Of a DNA stretch of 64,000 nt, positions 43,399 to 55,865 are shown one piece after another (the stretch's first letter is position 1; each line of letters starts with the position of its first letter). Under the pieces are notes generated by a model. It searched no databases and had not been told where the DNA came from. It was given only the letters and a program-made list of their open reading frames with translations. The DNA comes from Octopus sinensis. Its lineage: Eukaryota. The DNA lies in assembly GCF_006345805.1 (NCBI RefSeq), contig NC_042999.1, positions 93,992,001 through 94,056,000 of the forward strand, in the 5' to 3' direction. The translations under genes were made by a program, and so were the position numbers.

Positions 43399-44400
43399 GG
43401 AACGCAGAAACAATATCTTTATACCACCTGATGAAACACAAGATCTCATAATGCAGGGAATCGGTTACATATCATAATACCAGCAAACATGAGGGATTAC
43501 GATGCTTGGAAACAATTGTAGTGATTACAAGTAAATTCTCAGCTGTACTCCCTCTTGTCGACTTCAGATTATTCAATTATCCATACACACACTACAGAAG
43601 CCCCAACACAAATCTGGCAGCAGGTATAATATTAGTGATGAATAGCACAGGGTGAAACCTGAAGGTGCACGAGCTGTATACTTTATTACATTCTTAAGAG
43701 AATATAACCGAACTACACACATGTGTGTGTGTCTATATATTATATATGCAAATATATACGTAAATATATACACACATATAAATATATACGCAGAGACACG
43801 CACGCACACACATACACACACACACACATATATACGTGCTTACATATACTGATAACAAAAACAACGACAAATTATAACGTCTAGGCAGGTAAATATAAAT
43901 ATCGATATCAAAAACTGCAAGTAACACATTCTACGTAGTTTACGTTTCTAGGGGAACTTTAGAGAAATACGCGCAAATATATAGTACAGTTGGCTAAATA
44001 TCTGTCTGATACAGAGATAGATAGTTTTGTAAACAAGTCGATAGGAGGACAATCAGAGGTCAATTGATAAATATATTATTTTTCTGCAACTCCAGGTCCC
44101 TCTGCGCCCACTAGTTCTCTGCCAAAGGCAATATAACGATGTTGATACTAAACAAGAAGAGCATTGATCTCAGCACACTTTGTGGGATAGAAAAGGTCAT
44201 GGACAATGTCTTTCGTCTTTGATGATCTTAAAAATGTAAAAAAGAAAAAGAGAAAAAAGAATCCTATAAAACAAAGTCATCAGTTCGATGGGAGAAATTA
44301 TAGCCATTTAGATTTAGAAATAGAAACAAGTACACAGTATGCAAGCTCACACGTAGCAACACATAGAAACACACACACATACATCAGCTGACACACACAT

Positions 44401-44446
<46 letters not shown>

Positions 44447-44570
44447 GTTTAACAATTAAGGATAATCTCTTAATAAGGGATCTTAACAAGAAATTATCGG
44501 GTAGCTAGCGTGAAAACCTCATAAAAGAAAAGAATTCGAAAATAATTTTTTTCTTTTGAACAAATTAATT

Positions 44571-44983
44571 ATATCTATATTGTATAGAGGGCATTATTAC
44601 ACATAAATGCCTCACACTAGGAGGGACAAAGTCATTACTACCAAAATTATACTAATCATACCCAAATGCATTTTTTCAAAGCAAGACATTTAAAAAATGA
44701 ATTTAGTTCTGTATCACCGTGATTTCACATTCAACTTACGTCTAATGATCCTCAGCAGAACTGATTCTGAACACATCATAAATAAACTACCAACCTTACG
44801 TAGCGAAGACGAACAGACGTAAGTTGAATGTGAAATCACGGTGATACAGAACTAAATTCATTTTTTAAATGTCTTGCTTTGAAAAACTGCATTTGGGTAT
44901 GATTAGTATAATTTTGGTAGTAATGACTTTGTCCCTCCTAGTGTGAGGCATTTATGTGTAATAATGCCTTCTATACAATATAG

Positions 44984-44987
<4 letters not shown>
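44571..44987. mobile_element. Young foldback/MITE-like element: 173-bp inverted arms with a 71-bp spacer
   Basis: 44571-44743 versus the reverse complement of 44815-44987: 171/173 identical by manual comparison. AT/TA-rich flanks. Confidence 0.92.
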
Positions 44988-45018
<31 letters not shown>

Positions 45019-45027
45019 GACACACTC

Positions 45028-45062
<35 letters not shown>

Positions 45063-45169
45063 ATATATATACATAATATATATATACAAACACACAGACA
45101 CATATTTACATACGTCAGCACCAAGTTTTATTAGCAACATCTTTATTACATGCAAGCTCTTCCTTTTGA

Positions 45170-46030
45170 GAAAGATATTTCTCCATTTAGTATCCATCAG
45201 AACCGATGTATTAGTGCCATCGTTCAAACTAATTTTCGGTGCCTATTAAAACACTTTCAGCCTAGTGCTTTTGATTCCACTCTTAATTTGTCTCATCAAA
45301 TTATTGTCCCGAAAACTGTCATACGTTGGACTGCAATGGTGGAAGTCGCATGGCACCTGATGATAGTTTTCCGGTGGGTAAAGCGAACAGTGATCAACAG
45401 AATTTACCGATTTTCTAGTTTGTTGGCAGAAATTTCTTTGCGTACGTTCTGTAAGGTGCAAAAGATCTTTTAGACTTTTCGACCACCTGTTCGTATGTTT
45501 CCTTTAGCAATATTCCCTTTAGTAATATTTCTCTTATCTTTTTGAGTGCCACCATGCATCAGTCGCTGTTCACCTTCTTGAAAATCAAGGAAGAATAACA
45601 CTTTTCAAATTCCTCAAACTTTCAATTTCGATTACGGGATTTTGAACTTTTAGGACTTGGAAAAGTGTAAATTAATTTCATACACTGAGCATCCTTTGTG
45701 GAACATAATAAATATGGGCACCGTTCATCTCCTGTCACAAAATGCAAATACAGAGTGCCTTCAAACGCTTCAGCAGAAGATAACAGTCTTCCAAAATTTT
45801 TTCTTTCACTTCAGATGTGAACTACTGTGGTAAAAACTTTACATAGACATTTTTTGTCCAATTGCTTTCTATCATCTAATCCATTTTAACCACGTTCCCC
45901 ATATGCAGCAAAACCACACTTTGTGAGTTATTTTTGTGTGATTCAAATTGTCCTCTCGCTAGTGATACATGGCACTTGTTGCAATCGGTGGTCCGTCACT
46001 GCGTCGTTTTTTCAATGATGGTTTCGTCAT
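45170..46030 (-). mobile_element. Heavily decayed mariner transposase
   Basis: Minus-strand motifs HFVTGDE, PSPK, SLYPPENYHQVPCDFH (cf. HPPYSPDLAPCDFH) and ERWH*YIGSDGY*MEK (cf. RW.KCI..GDYVEK). Confidence 0.75.
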
Positions 46031-46860
46031 TTTTCAGTTCTGTTTCATTCAGCTTTATATATTATTCATGCCTGTGTGCCATTTGCGTGAGCAACCAGTA
46101 GGATTTCGTGGATGGGGGAATCTTGCTCGCCAACTTCAGTAAGAGTAAAATGGAAAATTGTGACTGCGTAGAAGCCATTATTTACCCGAATTTAAGAAAA
46201 GCATGAAGAATAGTTACTATAGAGGGAGTGTTACTCCACGAACATGTGCAATTTGAATGATATATTAGCAAACAATTGAAGGGAAATGTTATGCCACCTA
46301 TTCATAAATTCAGCACAGCTTCTTATCTATCTGTGAGATCGCGCTTCTGTCTCTACGTACGCACACATATACAAATGCACTCACTCACACACAAACACAC
46401 ACACACATACACACACATCATACACACATATGCACACACACACGATATTTTGCGGGCGAGGGGACTGTGTTATAAAGTGTTGTAGCGGTATGTGTGATTG
46501 TGTTTTGAATCATTGATTTAGTGTGAGACGAAACGAAGTGAGAACTGTTAATTTATGTAGTAATATCGTCATGTTGCTAATTAGATAGATGGACATGTTT
46601 AGAGCAACTTTGGTGTAATAGTTGACATTGGGGCCATGAATGTGTGAGATGTGTTAGCTGTTTGTAGACGGCGCTGTTCCATTTCGGTATTTTAGTTCCT
46701 ACGCGTAATATTTTATTCGTTGTTCTTGTAACCACTTCAGGGCGCAAAATTACATATACACACACTCACACATATCTATGCATATGTGTGACTATGTACA
46801 TATTTGTATTTGCTTGCCTATGTATCTTTGTATGTAGGCATGCCTGTACCTGTGTGATTG

Positions 46861-46928
<68 letters not shown>

Positions 46929-47448
46929 GTATTTATGTATATATATATGCATGTATGTATATATATATTCAGAGAGAGTTATCAGAGAGAAAGTGAGTAG
47001 GAGAGCAATTAAGGGAGAGATAGAAACAGAGAAGTGCGTTAGCTTCAACAACCACTTTACAGTACATCAAAATTAAATATATTAAGTATAGGTGAATTAT
47101 CGCATATTATTTATGACCCAATTTTATTACATTTTACAGCTGTATTATAGAAAGCTGAAGAAAAAACATTCCTAGAGGCAAAATGAGATAGAGACAATAA
47201 ATATCAAATAATGAGAGGATGGTGGGAAAAAAGGCAGATAAACTCTCATGAGGCGATTCCCTTGATATTGTGTTTGTGCTTTTATTTCTGCTATACCTAT
47301 ATCTTTATCACGCAAAATTTGTCTATCTTCTCAATATCTGTATTTCTGTGTGAATTTGTGTACGTGTTTATACATACATACATACTTACATATATACATA
47401 CATATATATATGTACACACATACATGCATACATACAAATATACGTATA

Positions 47449-47541
<93 letters not shown>

Positions 47542-47654
47542 GTAGGTCCCGGGTTGAGTCGGGGTTAACCACAGTAAATAAGGTACTCAATACATAGCAG
47601 AGTAAATTAATTTATTTTATAGATTTATAGTCCTGTAGAAGCTCCTTCTATAAA

Positions 47655-47706
<52 letters not shown>

Positions 47707-47729
47707 CATAAATATATATGTATATATAC

Positions 47730-47894
47730 TCTCTTTCTCTTTACTCTTTTACTTGTCTCAGTCATTTGAGTGCTGGAGCACCGCCTTTAATCGAGCAAAT
47801 CTTACTCTTTGAACCGCTAAGTTACGGCGACGTAAACACACTGGCATCGGTTGTCAAGCGATGTTGGGGGGACAAACACAGACACACAAATACA

Positions 47895-47943
<49 letters not shown>

Positions 47944-47985
47944 TTGGTAAGCAAGCTATTTACCACACGGCCACTCCTGCACCTA
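47730..47985 (-). mobile_element. SINE family 1 copy with internal deletions replaced by (TA)n
   Basis: Tail TCAGTCATTTG..GCTGGAGCACCGCC, body GAACCGCTAAGTTACGG.GACGTAAACAC, head TACCACACGGCCACTCCTGCACC. Confidence 0.85.
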
Positions 47986-48017
47986 TCCACACAACCACTC
48001 ATTATATATATATATAT

Positions 48018-50774
48018 AATCAGAATAAGCAACAGTATATCAAGTAGTGATGCAGTACGACCGTTTCAAACGGCTCCATTTAATTGAAAAATGGAACCAT
48101 TACATCAATTTAAATGCAATGCTATCTTCAGCTGCACAAATAAATAAATAAATAGAATTTTAGCAATTTTGACATATATAATATTTCTCAAATATTTTAA
48201 CAGAGCAAGAATTTGGAAGAAATTCATGTTGTCGCTATCATAGCTAAGAATAGACTACACTTTTAAGAATGACATGGAGCCTATTGGGGTCATAGTATTG
48301 TAAGCGGTTGTAATTCATTTCTAATTAATTTATTTCTACTAAATCTAAGACTAGAAACCAGTGCCTATTTTGAATATAGGACAAAAGGGAGTTGACGCCT
48401 CATGCCTAGGTTTAGTCATAAATATTATCGTATTTAAATATTTTCCTCTGGGAAGAACGAAGACGTGTGATGTAGTCAATTGCATATAAGTAGCTGTCTA
48501 TTAAAAGAGGATGGGTAGGAGAAAGCTTAAAATGATGACGTTAATTACTACGAAAGGAGGAAAAGGCTAAGAAACCGAAGATGTCAATACAGAGGAAATT
48601 TAATTTTGTGGCACTAATGAATGATTGTTCATAAACAATATTTTTATATTGTATAAAATTAATATTTAAGATTTTCAAAATTGATATCATAACCAAAACA
48701 GGTAAAATGTGTGTATATATCAATTATAAATATTAAAAAAAAGAAGGGAAGATTACATAGAATCGGTTTAATATTCATTCATGTACTTAATTACTTATTA
48801 GGTGGTTTCTATAAAAACTGCTGGAAATATATACTTGCTCTCTATTAATTTTAAGCCAAAAATCAGAAAAAAGTAAAGATGCATACAATACACAAACATT
48901 TATATATGTGCATATACGCATATATACACATACACAAATAGTTATACATTTATATGGATATAGTTTATCCATCTCGCATAGACTTAAGTAACTAAAAAAT
49001 ACATATTTAATAACAAGAAAAGTAACAATTTATAAGAGATAAGACGTTAATAGTTCATGTGCATATATGCACATATACACACACAAATGTTTATGCCTTT
49101 ATATGTATAGTTATAGTATAACCATGTCGCATAGACTTAACTAACTGAAAAAAATATCTATTTAAGAACAAGAAAGGTAACAAGAGGTTAATAGGTAAGG
49201 ATATCAATATAAGAAAACAAAATAATGAGAATTTATAGAAAAGAATAAGAAATACTTATAACCTACATTGAAAGAGACAGGGGATTAAAATTTGATGTAG
49301 AGAAGAGATAAAGGTAACCGAAAAAGAGGGGGTAATATGTATAGAAGCAATGCGGGCAGTTAAAGGTACTCAGACACAAGAAATTTGATCAATTGTAATG
49401 TTACAGTGGCCATTGTATGTATGATTTTTATACTTTCTAGGGGGTATATAATTTAGTCCAAAGGAGACATATTTACATAAAGTCACTACAAATATTCATA
49501 ATATGATCAGTAGTGGAGGACATCAAAGAAGGAAAACTAGTGTAATTACCAACATAAGATGATGTCAGACTAACTAGGCAAGGGTTATCATGGGGTAGAA
49601 TTATATATAGCACACCACATACTATAACATATAGTTTATAACATATGCTATGTAATTTAGTTCACCATGCAACATAATATCCCACCAAGGACCATAAAAG
49701 AACTTCCAGGCCAATCTTGCTGTTAGACTGACTTGCCCGGCTAAGTCCGGGATAAGTCGACTTAGTAAATCTGTTTTGGATACTGTACTACTCATAATAA
49801 TATATCCCTTTTGAACTGTTACTGTTCTTGTTCTTAAGTAGGTATGTTTGAGTTAGTTAAGTCTATGCAGGATGGATATACTATATCCATATAAACATAA
49901 AGATATTTGTGTATGTGTATATATGCACATATGCACATATATAGATGTCTGTGTAACTATGCATCTATATTTTTTTCTGACTCATGGCTTAAAATTGATA
50001 GCATGTATATCTTTCCAGCTATTCCATAAGTAAATGCCCTGAGCAGTTTTTATAGAAACCACTTAATAAGTAATTAATTAAGCACATGAATGAATATTGA
50101 AGTGATTCTATGTAATCTTACCCACTTTTTTAACGTTTATAACTGATATATACATACACTTGACTTATTTTGGTTACGATACCATTTTTGAAAATATTAA
50201 CTTTTATTTTTGTACAACATAACGATATTGTTTCTAAACAATAACCCAATCAGTGCCATGAATTAAAAATTCCCTTGTATTGATATCTTAGGTTTCTTAG
50301 CATCTTGCTTCTTTAACTACCCAGCCTCTTATTATAGACAGTTACTTATATCCAAATGACTATTTCTCACGTCTTCTTTCCCCACCGAGGAAAAGGGATA
50401 CATATGATAATATTTATGACCATACCTAGTCAACTCACTCTTGTCCTGTATTCAAAATAGACATAGTCTTCTAGTCTTAGACTTAGTAGAGATAAATAAA
50501 TTAGAAATGAATTACAACCCCGTACATCACTATAGGACCAAGAGGCTTCATGCGGTTCTTGAAAGTGTAGACTATTCTTAGCTACAATAGCGACAACATG
50601 AATTTATTCCATCTTCTTACTCTGTTAAAATATTTGAGGAAAATTATATTTATTTGTGCAGCTGAAGATGGCATGCATTTAAACTGAAGTAATGATTGCA
50701 TTGTTCAATTAAAAGGAGCCGTTTGAAACGGTCGTACTGCATCACTACTTGATATCTTGTTGCTTATTTCGATT
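48018..50774. mobile_element. ~2.75-kb foldback structure with ~1-kb diverged inverted arms
   Basis: 48018-~49185 is the reverse complement of ~49815-50774 throughout, including a perfect 41-bp match (48037-48077 / 50715-50755). The left arm carries an internal ~160-bp tandem duplication. The ~630-bp spacer has no long ORF. Confidence 0.88.
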
Positions 50775-50940
50775 TTATTCACCTTACTTCCATCTATGCG
50801 GATAATACCGGACTGTCTTAGAGCTTCAGCTCAAGTATCTAATTCAACTGAATGTCAATTATATTTTACACACACACACACACACACATACACACACACA
50901 CACACATACACACACATATACACACACCCACATATATACA

Positions 50941-51372
50941 TATTCTTTTATTCTTTTACTTGTTTGTCATCTGGTTGCGGCCATACTGGAGCACCGCCTT
51001 TACTCGAAGACATCGACCCCAGGACTTATATTTTGTAAACCTAGTACTTATTCTATCGCTTCGTCATTTTGTCGATCCGCTAAATTACGGAGACATATGC
51101 AAACCAACATCGGTTGTCAAGCGAATACAGACCCACAACTTTCTCTCTCTCTCTCTATATATATATATATGTATATATATGTATGTGTGTGTGTGTGTGT
51201 GTGTATTTATGTATATATGTATGCATGTATATATATATATATAAACGCCAAGGGCTTATTTCAGTTTCCGTCTACCAAATCCACTAACAAGGCTATGGTC
51301 GATCTGAAACTATATATACTAGAAGACATTTCCCCAAGATGCCACGCAGTAGGATGAACCCGGAACCATGTG
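50941..51372 (-). mobile_element. SINE family 1 copy
   Basis: GCGGCCATACTGGAGCACCGCC, ATCGACCCCAGGACTTAT, CATCGGTTGTCAAGCG and TCAGTTTCCGTCTACCAAATCCAC, colinear with 13391-13795. Confidence 0.88.
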
Positions 51373-52088
51373 TGTATGAAGGAAGCCTCCAAACAAATGC
51401 ATAAATATATACATATACATGTGTCTTTGTATGTGTGTATGCATAGATATATATATATGTGTGTGTGTTTATGTGTGTGTGTCATGTGCGTGTGTGTGTG
51501 TGTGTAAGTGTGTCTAAGATAATCTAAGTTCGCTACATATATATCAGAATACACTAGTGTAGTTTTGGTGGTCGAATGCAAAGAATTCATTTGTATACAC
51601 GATATCTGTGCAAGCATAGTGCATAGAGAGCTGCAGGGATAGAGTCAAGTTTTATTTTGAGATTTCCTCAGCAAAATTTTAATATTTCTAATTCTCTACT
51701 TACATGCTGCTTGAAACCTAGTTTTCGTTAGTAGTTTCGAAGTTTTCCACATCGATTTAGCTATATTAGTATTTGTTGATGGCAAGCTCCATAAATAATT
51801 GGTGCGCTAACAGTCGTTTGTTTACACTCTATATTGTACTACACTATATATTTATAGATTTTAAACAAGCATTTTCGGTATAAATGGATTTAAGTCAATA
51901 TCTGTACATAACATTTGGTGAACTAAAAATAAAGAGCTATCCGGAGTCGTTCCAGTACATGTAATTGATTTTGTCGACGCTGCTGCAATGTCCTCAATGG
52001 ATTTCGAACACGATATTAATTCGGACACGAACATTCACACCGAGACACTTATAAACCCTCGCACACGACCATTCAGATACACCCTACG

Positions 52089-52129
<41 letters not shown>

Positions 52130-52198
52130 ACACATATACTCACGCACATTCATACAGATACGCGCTCATATATATATAAATGACACGCACACACACAC

Positions 52199-52246
<48 letters not shown>

Positions 52247-53092
52247 GTGTAATAAATAAAATATATGCATACATACATACATATATGTACGTACCTACAT
52301 CTACATGTATATATACATGCATATATAAATATATATATACGTGAGTACAGGACACCACAATAGACGAAGAACTCAACGAGAAACGAAAACGGAAAAACAA
52401 GCATGGAACAGACCATTTTTTTACAACGCAAAACAGAGTACAAGACAAACTACACAAGGAAAAACCCCCTTCATCAGCTGTCCCTAGTTCAACTCCAGCG
52501 TGTTTCGAAGGTAGGACAACAGGCGTGAGTGTTATTGTAAGTTAGCACTGAGTATATGCCTGTCATGTTACTCAATGCTTTTGTATTCTTATGTATTATA
52601 AAAATGCATTTAGACATTTTTTTAAAATAGAGAGGTTATATTAAAACGGAAATAACATTTAAATCAAACAGAGTCTGTATCTAGATCTTCGCCCGGATTA
52701 TGCTCAAAATACGAGATCAGATGTGCTGTCATCAAAAATTTAATGTAGAACATATTGTATACATTACATGCTTTACTGCATAATATTTTTACATTACTGC
52801 ATAGTGAAATGAAGCAAAGTGATATGCATCATTTCCCCCAAGAGTATAACTCATTCACCGTATTTTATAATCGTGAGTGCAAGCCCCTAACCAGTAAGCT
52901 CAATCCACTCAGGTAGTCCTACGTTGAAACGGCGTCCCGTCAAGTTGGTTGGTGAAATAAATAGAGCACAGAATCCAGGAAACCGTTATTATGAACCTAT
53001 GGCACGAGGAAGTCATTGGATCCTTTTGTTTTTACGTATGCATTTGGATACGTATTCATATTTAGATACATATACACACACATATACATATA

Positions 53093-53281
53093 AACTTCTC
53101 CTCCTCCCACCCTTAACACACCAAGCTGTCCATCTCCTATTTCCAATTCCTCCGTCTACGCAGGCTCTGCAGTGACAACCATGACTCTGAGACTCAGTCT
53201 CAACTCATGGCTCGCCACTTCATCCAACGTAGACATCTCCTCACCACTATCCACACCACCCTTGCCAGAATACGTTCATAA
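53093..53281 (+). mobile_element. Penelope-like element RT fragment, same family as 42828-43045
   Basis: NFSSSHP*HTKLSISYFQFLRLRRLCSDNHDSETQSQLMARHFIQR. About 90 bp is nearly identical to 42955-43042. Confidence 0.85.
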
Positions 53282-54749
53282 GGCTGCTTTTTGGGTTCTG
53301 TGCACTATTCAGTTTGCCACTATCTGGACAGGGTGCCGCTTCATCTCTGGATTACTCATTGTTTCTAGCGGAGTGGATTGAAGCAACGTCATATGCAGCA
53401 TTTCCCTCAAGAGCAAAATACCTCCCCAGTCCTCTACCTCATCCACAGTCCTGTAATTACCCTTTCTTCCTCATCCCCATATTACAGCCATTCCTTCCTC
53501 CCTTTCCATCACCATTCCCTCCTCCCCAATAGATACACACAAAAATACCTACATAACTCAGTGTACCTTCATACTGGTCAAAATGGATAGCATCCCTCTG
53601 TTTTACTTCCGGAATGTTATATCTCCTAAAGAAATAAATTCATGAAGACAATCAACAAAATGCCCACAGATTCTACGACTACATTGAAATCGTCTCAGGA
53701 ATACGAATTGTGATCTTAAGAGGCATGTGATTTGCGGAAACACGTAGCAATATCTTAAATGCTTATAAGTTCCAGCCAAAAAATATTGCTATTGTTATCA
53801 TATTTATCGCACATTACATCGGTAGACTTCGATGCCACCCCCAAAAAACTGGTTCAAAACTCAGCACTGTGGCCGACATAATGGAATAGGAGCTTCATTT
53901 ACATATTCAAAATGTTTACTGTAAACAAATATCACACACACATACACACACATACAAACACACACATACATGGATGCACGCTCACTCACACATTTATACA
54001 TATGCTGGTTAAGATTTTCATTGCATGTCATATGGCCAGCCTGTTGAGTATCTTATACCTTCTCGCTCATCACACAACAAAATCAAAAATCGCGAAGATA
54101 ATAGTTTATATAAAGATTTCTGTCGTTGCAATCTTGAGAAAGATCACAGATTGCACATAGGAAAAGGATATCTCAACTATTTCAGTTAGGTCATCGGAAT
54201 AAATATATGTGTTTGTACCAATAGTCATTCATCCGTGTGTGTATGTGTGTATATATATAAATGTATATATATGTATATATATACGTACGTGTGTGTGCGC
54301 ATGTGAGTGTCTTTGTGTGCGTGTGTGTAAATATTGAATACATATGTGTGGATGGATTTATGATTGCGTGTATGTATGTGTGTATAAAAATACATATATG
54401 CATATATGCAAGTAAGTATATTTACGGAAGAATTTTATCATATTTTCTAAAGCTGCTCACATTTTCTTAATTTATCTAGCATCTTAAGAGGTCATCCAAT
54501 ACTAACCTTTCAGATTTTCATTTACACAGCGATCGATGTAAATTTATTTTATTGATTTATGCAACACACATGCATACAAACCTTCATACATTTGCAAGAA
54601 TATGTACGTGTGTGTGTCTGTGTGTGTGTGTGTTTTTATGTATATATGTATGCATGTAGGTAAGAATATATGTATGTATATATTTACGTATATATGTGAG
54701 AGAATTAGAATAGAGTGAATGAGTCACCTTAACATTAGGTTTAGTTAGT

Positions 54750-54950
54750 CGGCAGCTGGCTGATTTCTTAGATCACCATGCAATATGAATAGCCGCTTTT
54801 CATCAGTTTTTAACATTCTAAGTGCAAATGCCGCCGGCGTGGACTTTGCCTGTTATGAATTCGGAGTCGAAAAATGAATACCAGTTGATCACTAGGGTCG
54901 TCATAACCAACTCAGACCCTCCCGTACATTGCTGTCCTTGAAACCAGTAT
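54750..54950 (+). mobile_element. Decayed SINE family 2 copy
   Basis: GGCAGCTGGC...GCAAATGCCGCCGGCGTGGACTTTGCC...ATACCAGTTGATCACTAGGGTCG aligns by eye with 12017-12200. Confidence 0.65.
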
Positions 54951-55099
54951 GTTCTAAATATAACTATGATTTGTGTTTAATTGTGTTAGAAACGTCATGT
55001 GAGAGTGAATAGTGCTTCTAAGCATATATCGAAATGATATAGCAAATTCTGACACTTATTATGAAATATGTATGCATACCTATACATACACGCACATAC

Positions 55100-55169
<70 letters not shown>

Positions 55170-55387
55170 AAATGTATATATGTATATATATATATACACA
55201 CATATATATACCTTAAGAGGAAGGATATCCAGGTAGATACCGAATTTCTCAATGTAGAATGTCACGCCTGGTTTCTTCAGATAGTGAATTTCATTATAAA
55301 TTTCCATTAACTGCCGTCCCATGTTGCAGCTTTTCCCAGACTACTTAGAATTTTGTGAAAAACAACTCATCGGTGAATGTCATGGTT

Positions 55388-55469
<82 letters not shown>

Positions 55470-55473
55470 ACTA

Positions 55474-55505
<32 letters not shown>

Positions 55506-55520
55506 ACTGCCACTACTACT
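55388..55520. repeat. Interleaved (TAC)n/(TGC)n trinucleotide repeat
   Basis: Direct inspection: alternating blocks of CTA and CTG triplets in one register. Confidence 0.95.
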
Positions 55521-55799
55521 ACCTTTATCTACTACTAGCAAGCCTAATTCAAACTAAAATCGGAGAAAATTTCCTCTTTGAACAATGCCATATTTATACG
55601 CACTGAAGGGATCGTACTAATAATGCATAAATCGCTGCATATAAATATGCAACAATATGTAACTAATGCGATCGAAACGAATGTCGGACAATTATTATGA
55701 ATAAACCAACTGTAAATAAACAGATAGTTTGAATGTCCAAATCGTCATTCTCCTTATTACCTCTCTCTCCCTCTCTCCCCCTCTCTTTCTCTCTCTCTC

Positions 55800-55865
<66 letters not shown>

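Noticed and set aside
48043-50749. Polinton/Maverick assignment from AGTAGT...ACTACT
   Set aside because: The inverted symmetry continues about 25 bp outside the AGTAGT, no 6-bp TSD is seen, and there are no pPolB or integrase remnants.
52440-52520. Permuted (type II) hammerhead: minus-strand GAAAC...CTGATGAAGG
   Set aside because: The core halves are present, but no UH cleavage triplet and no consistent stems I-III can be built from this copy.
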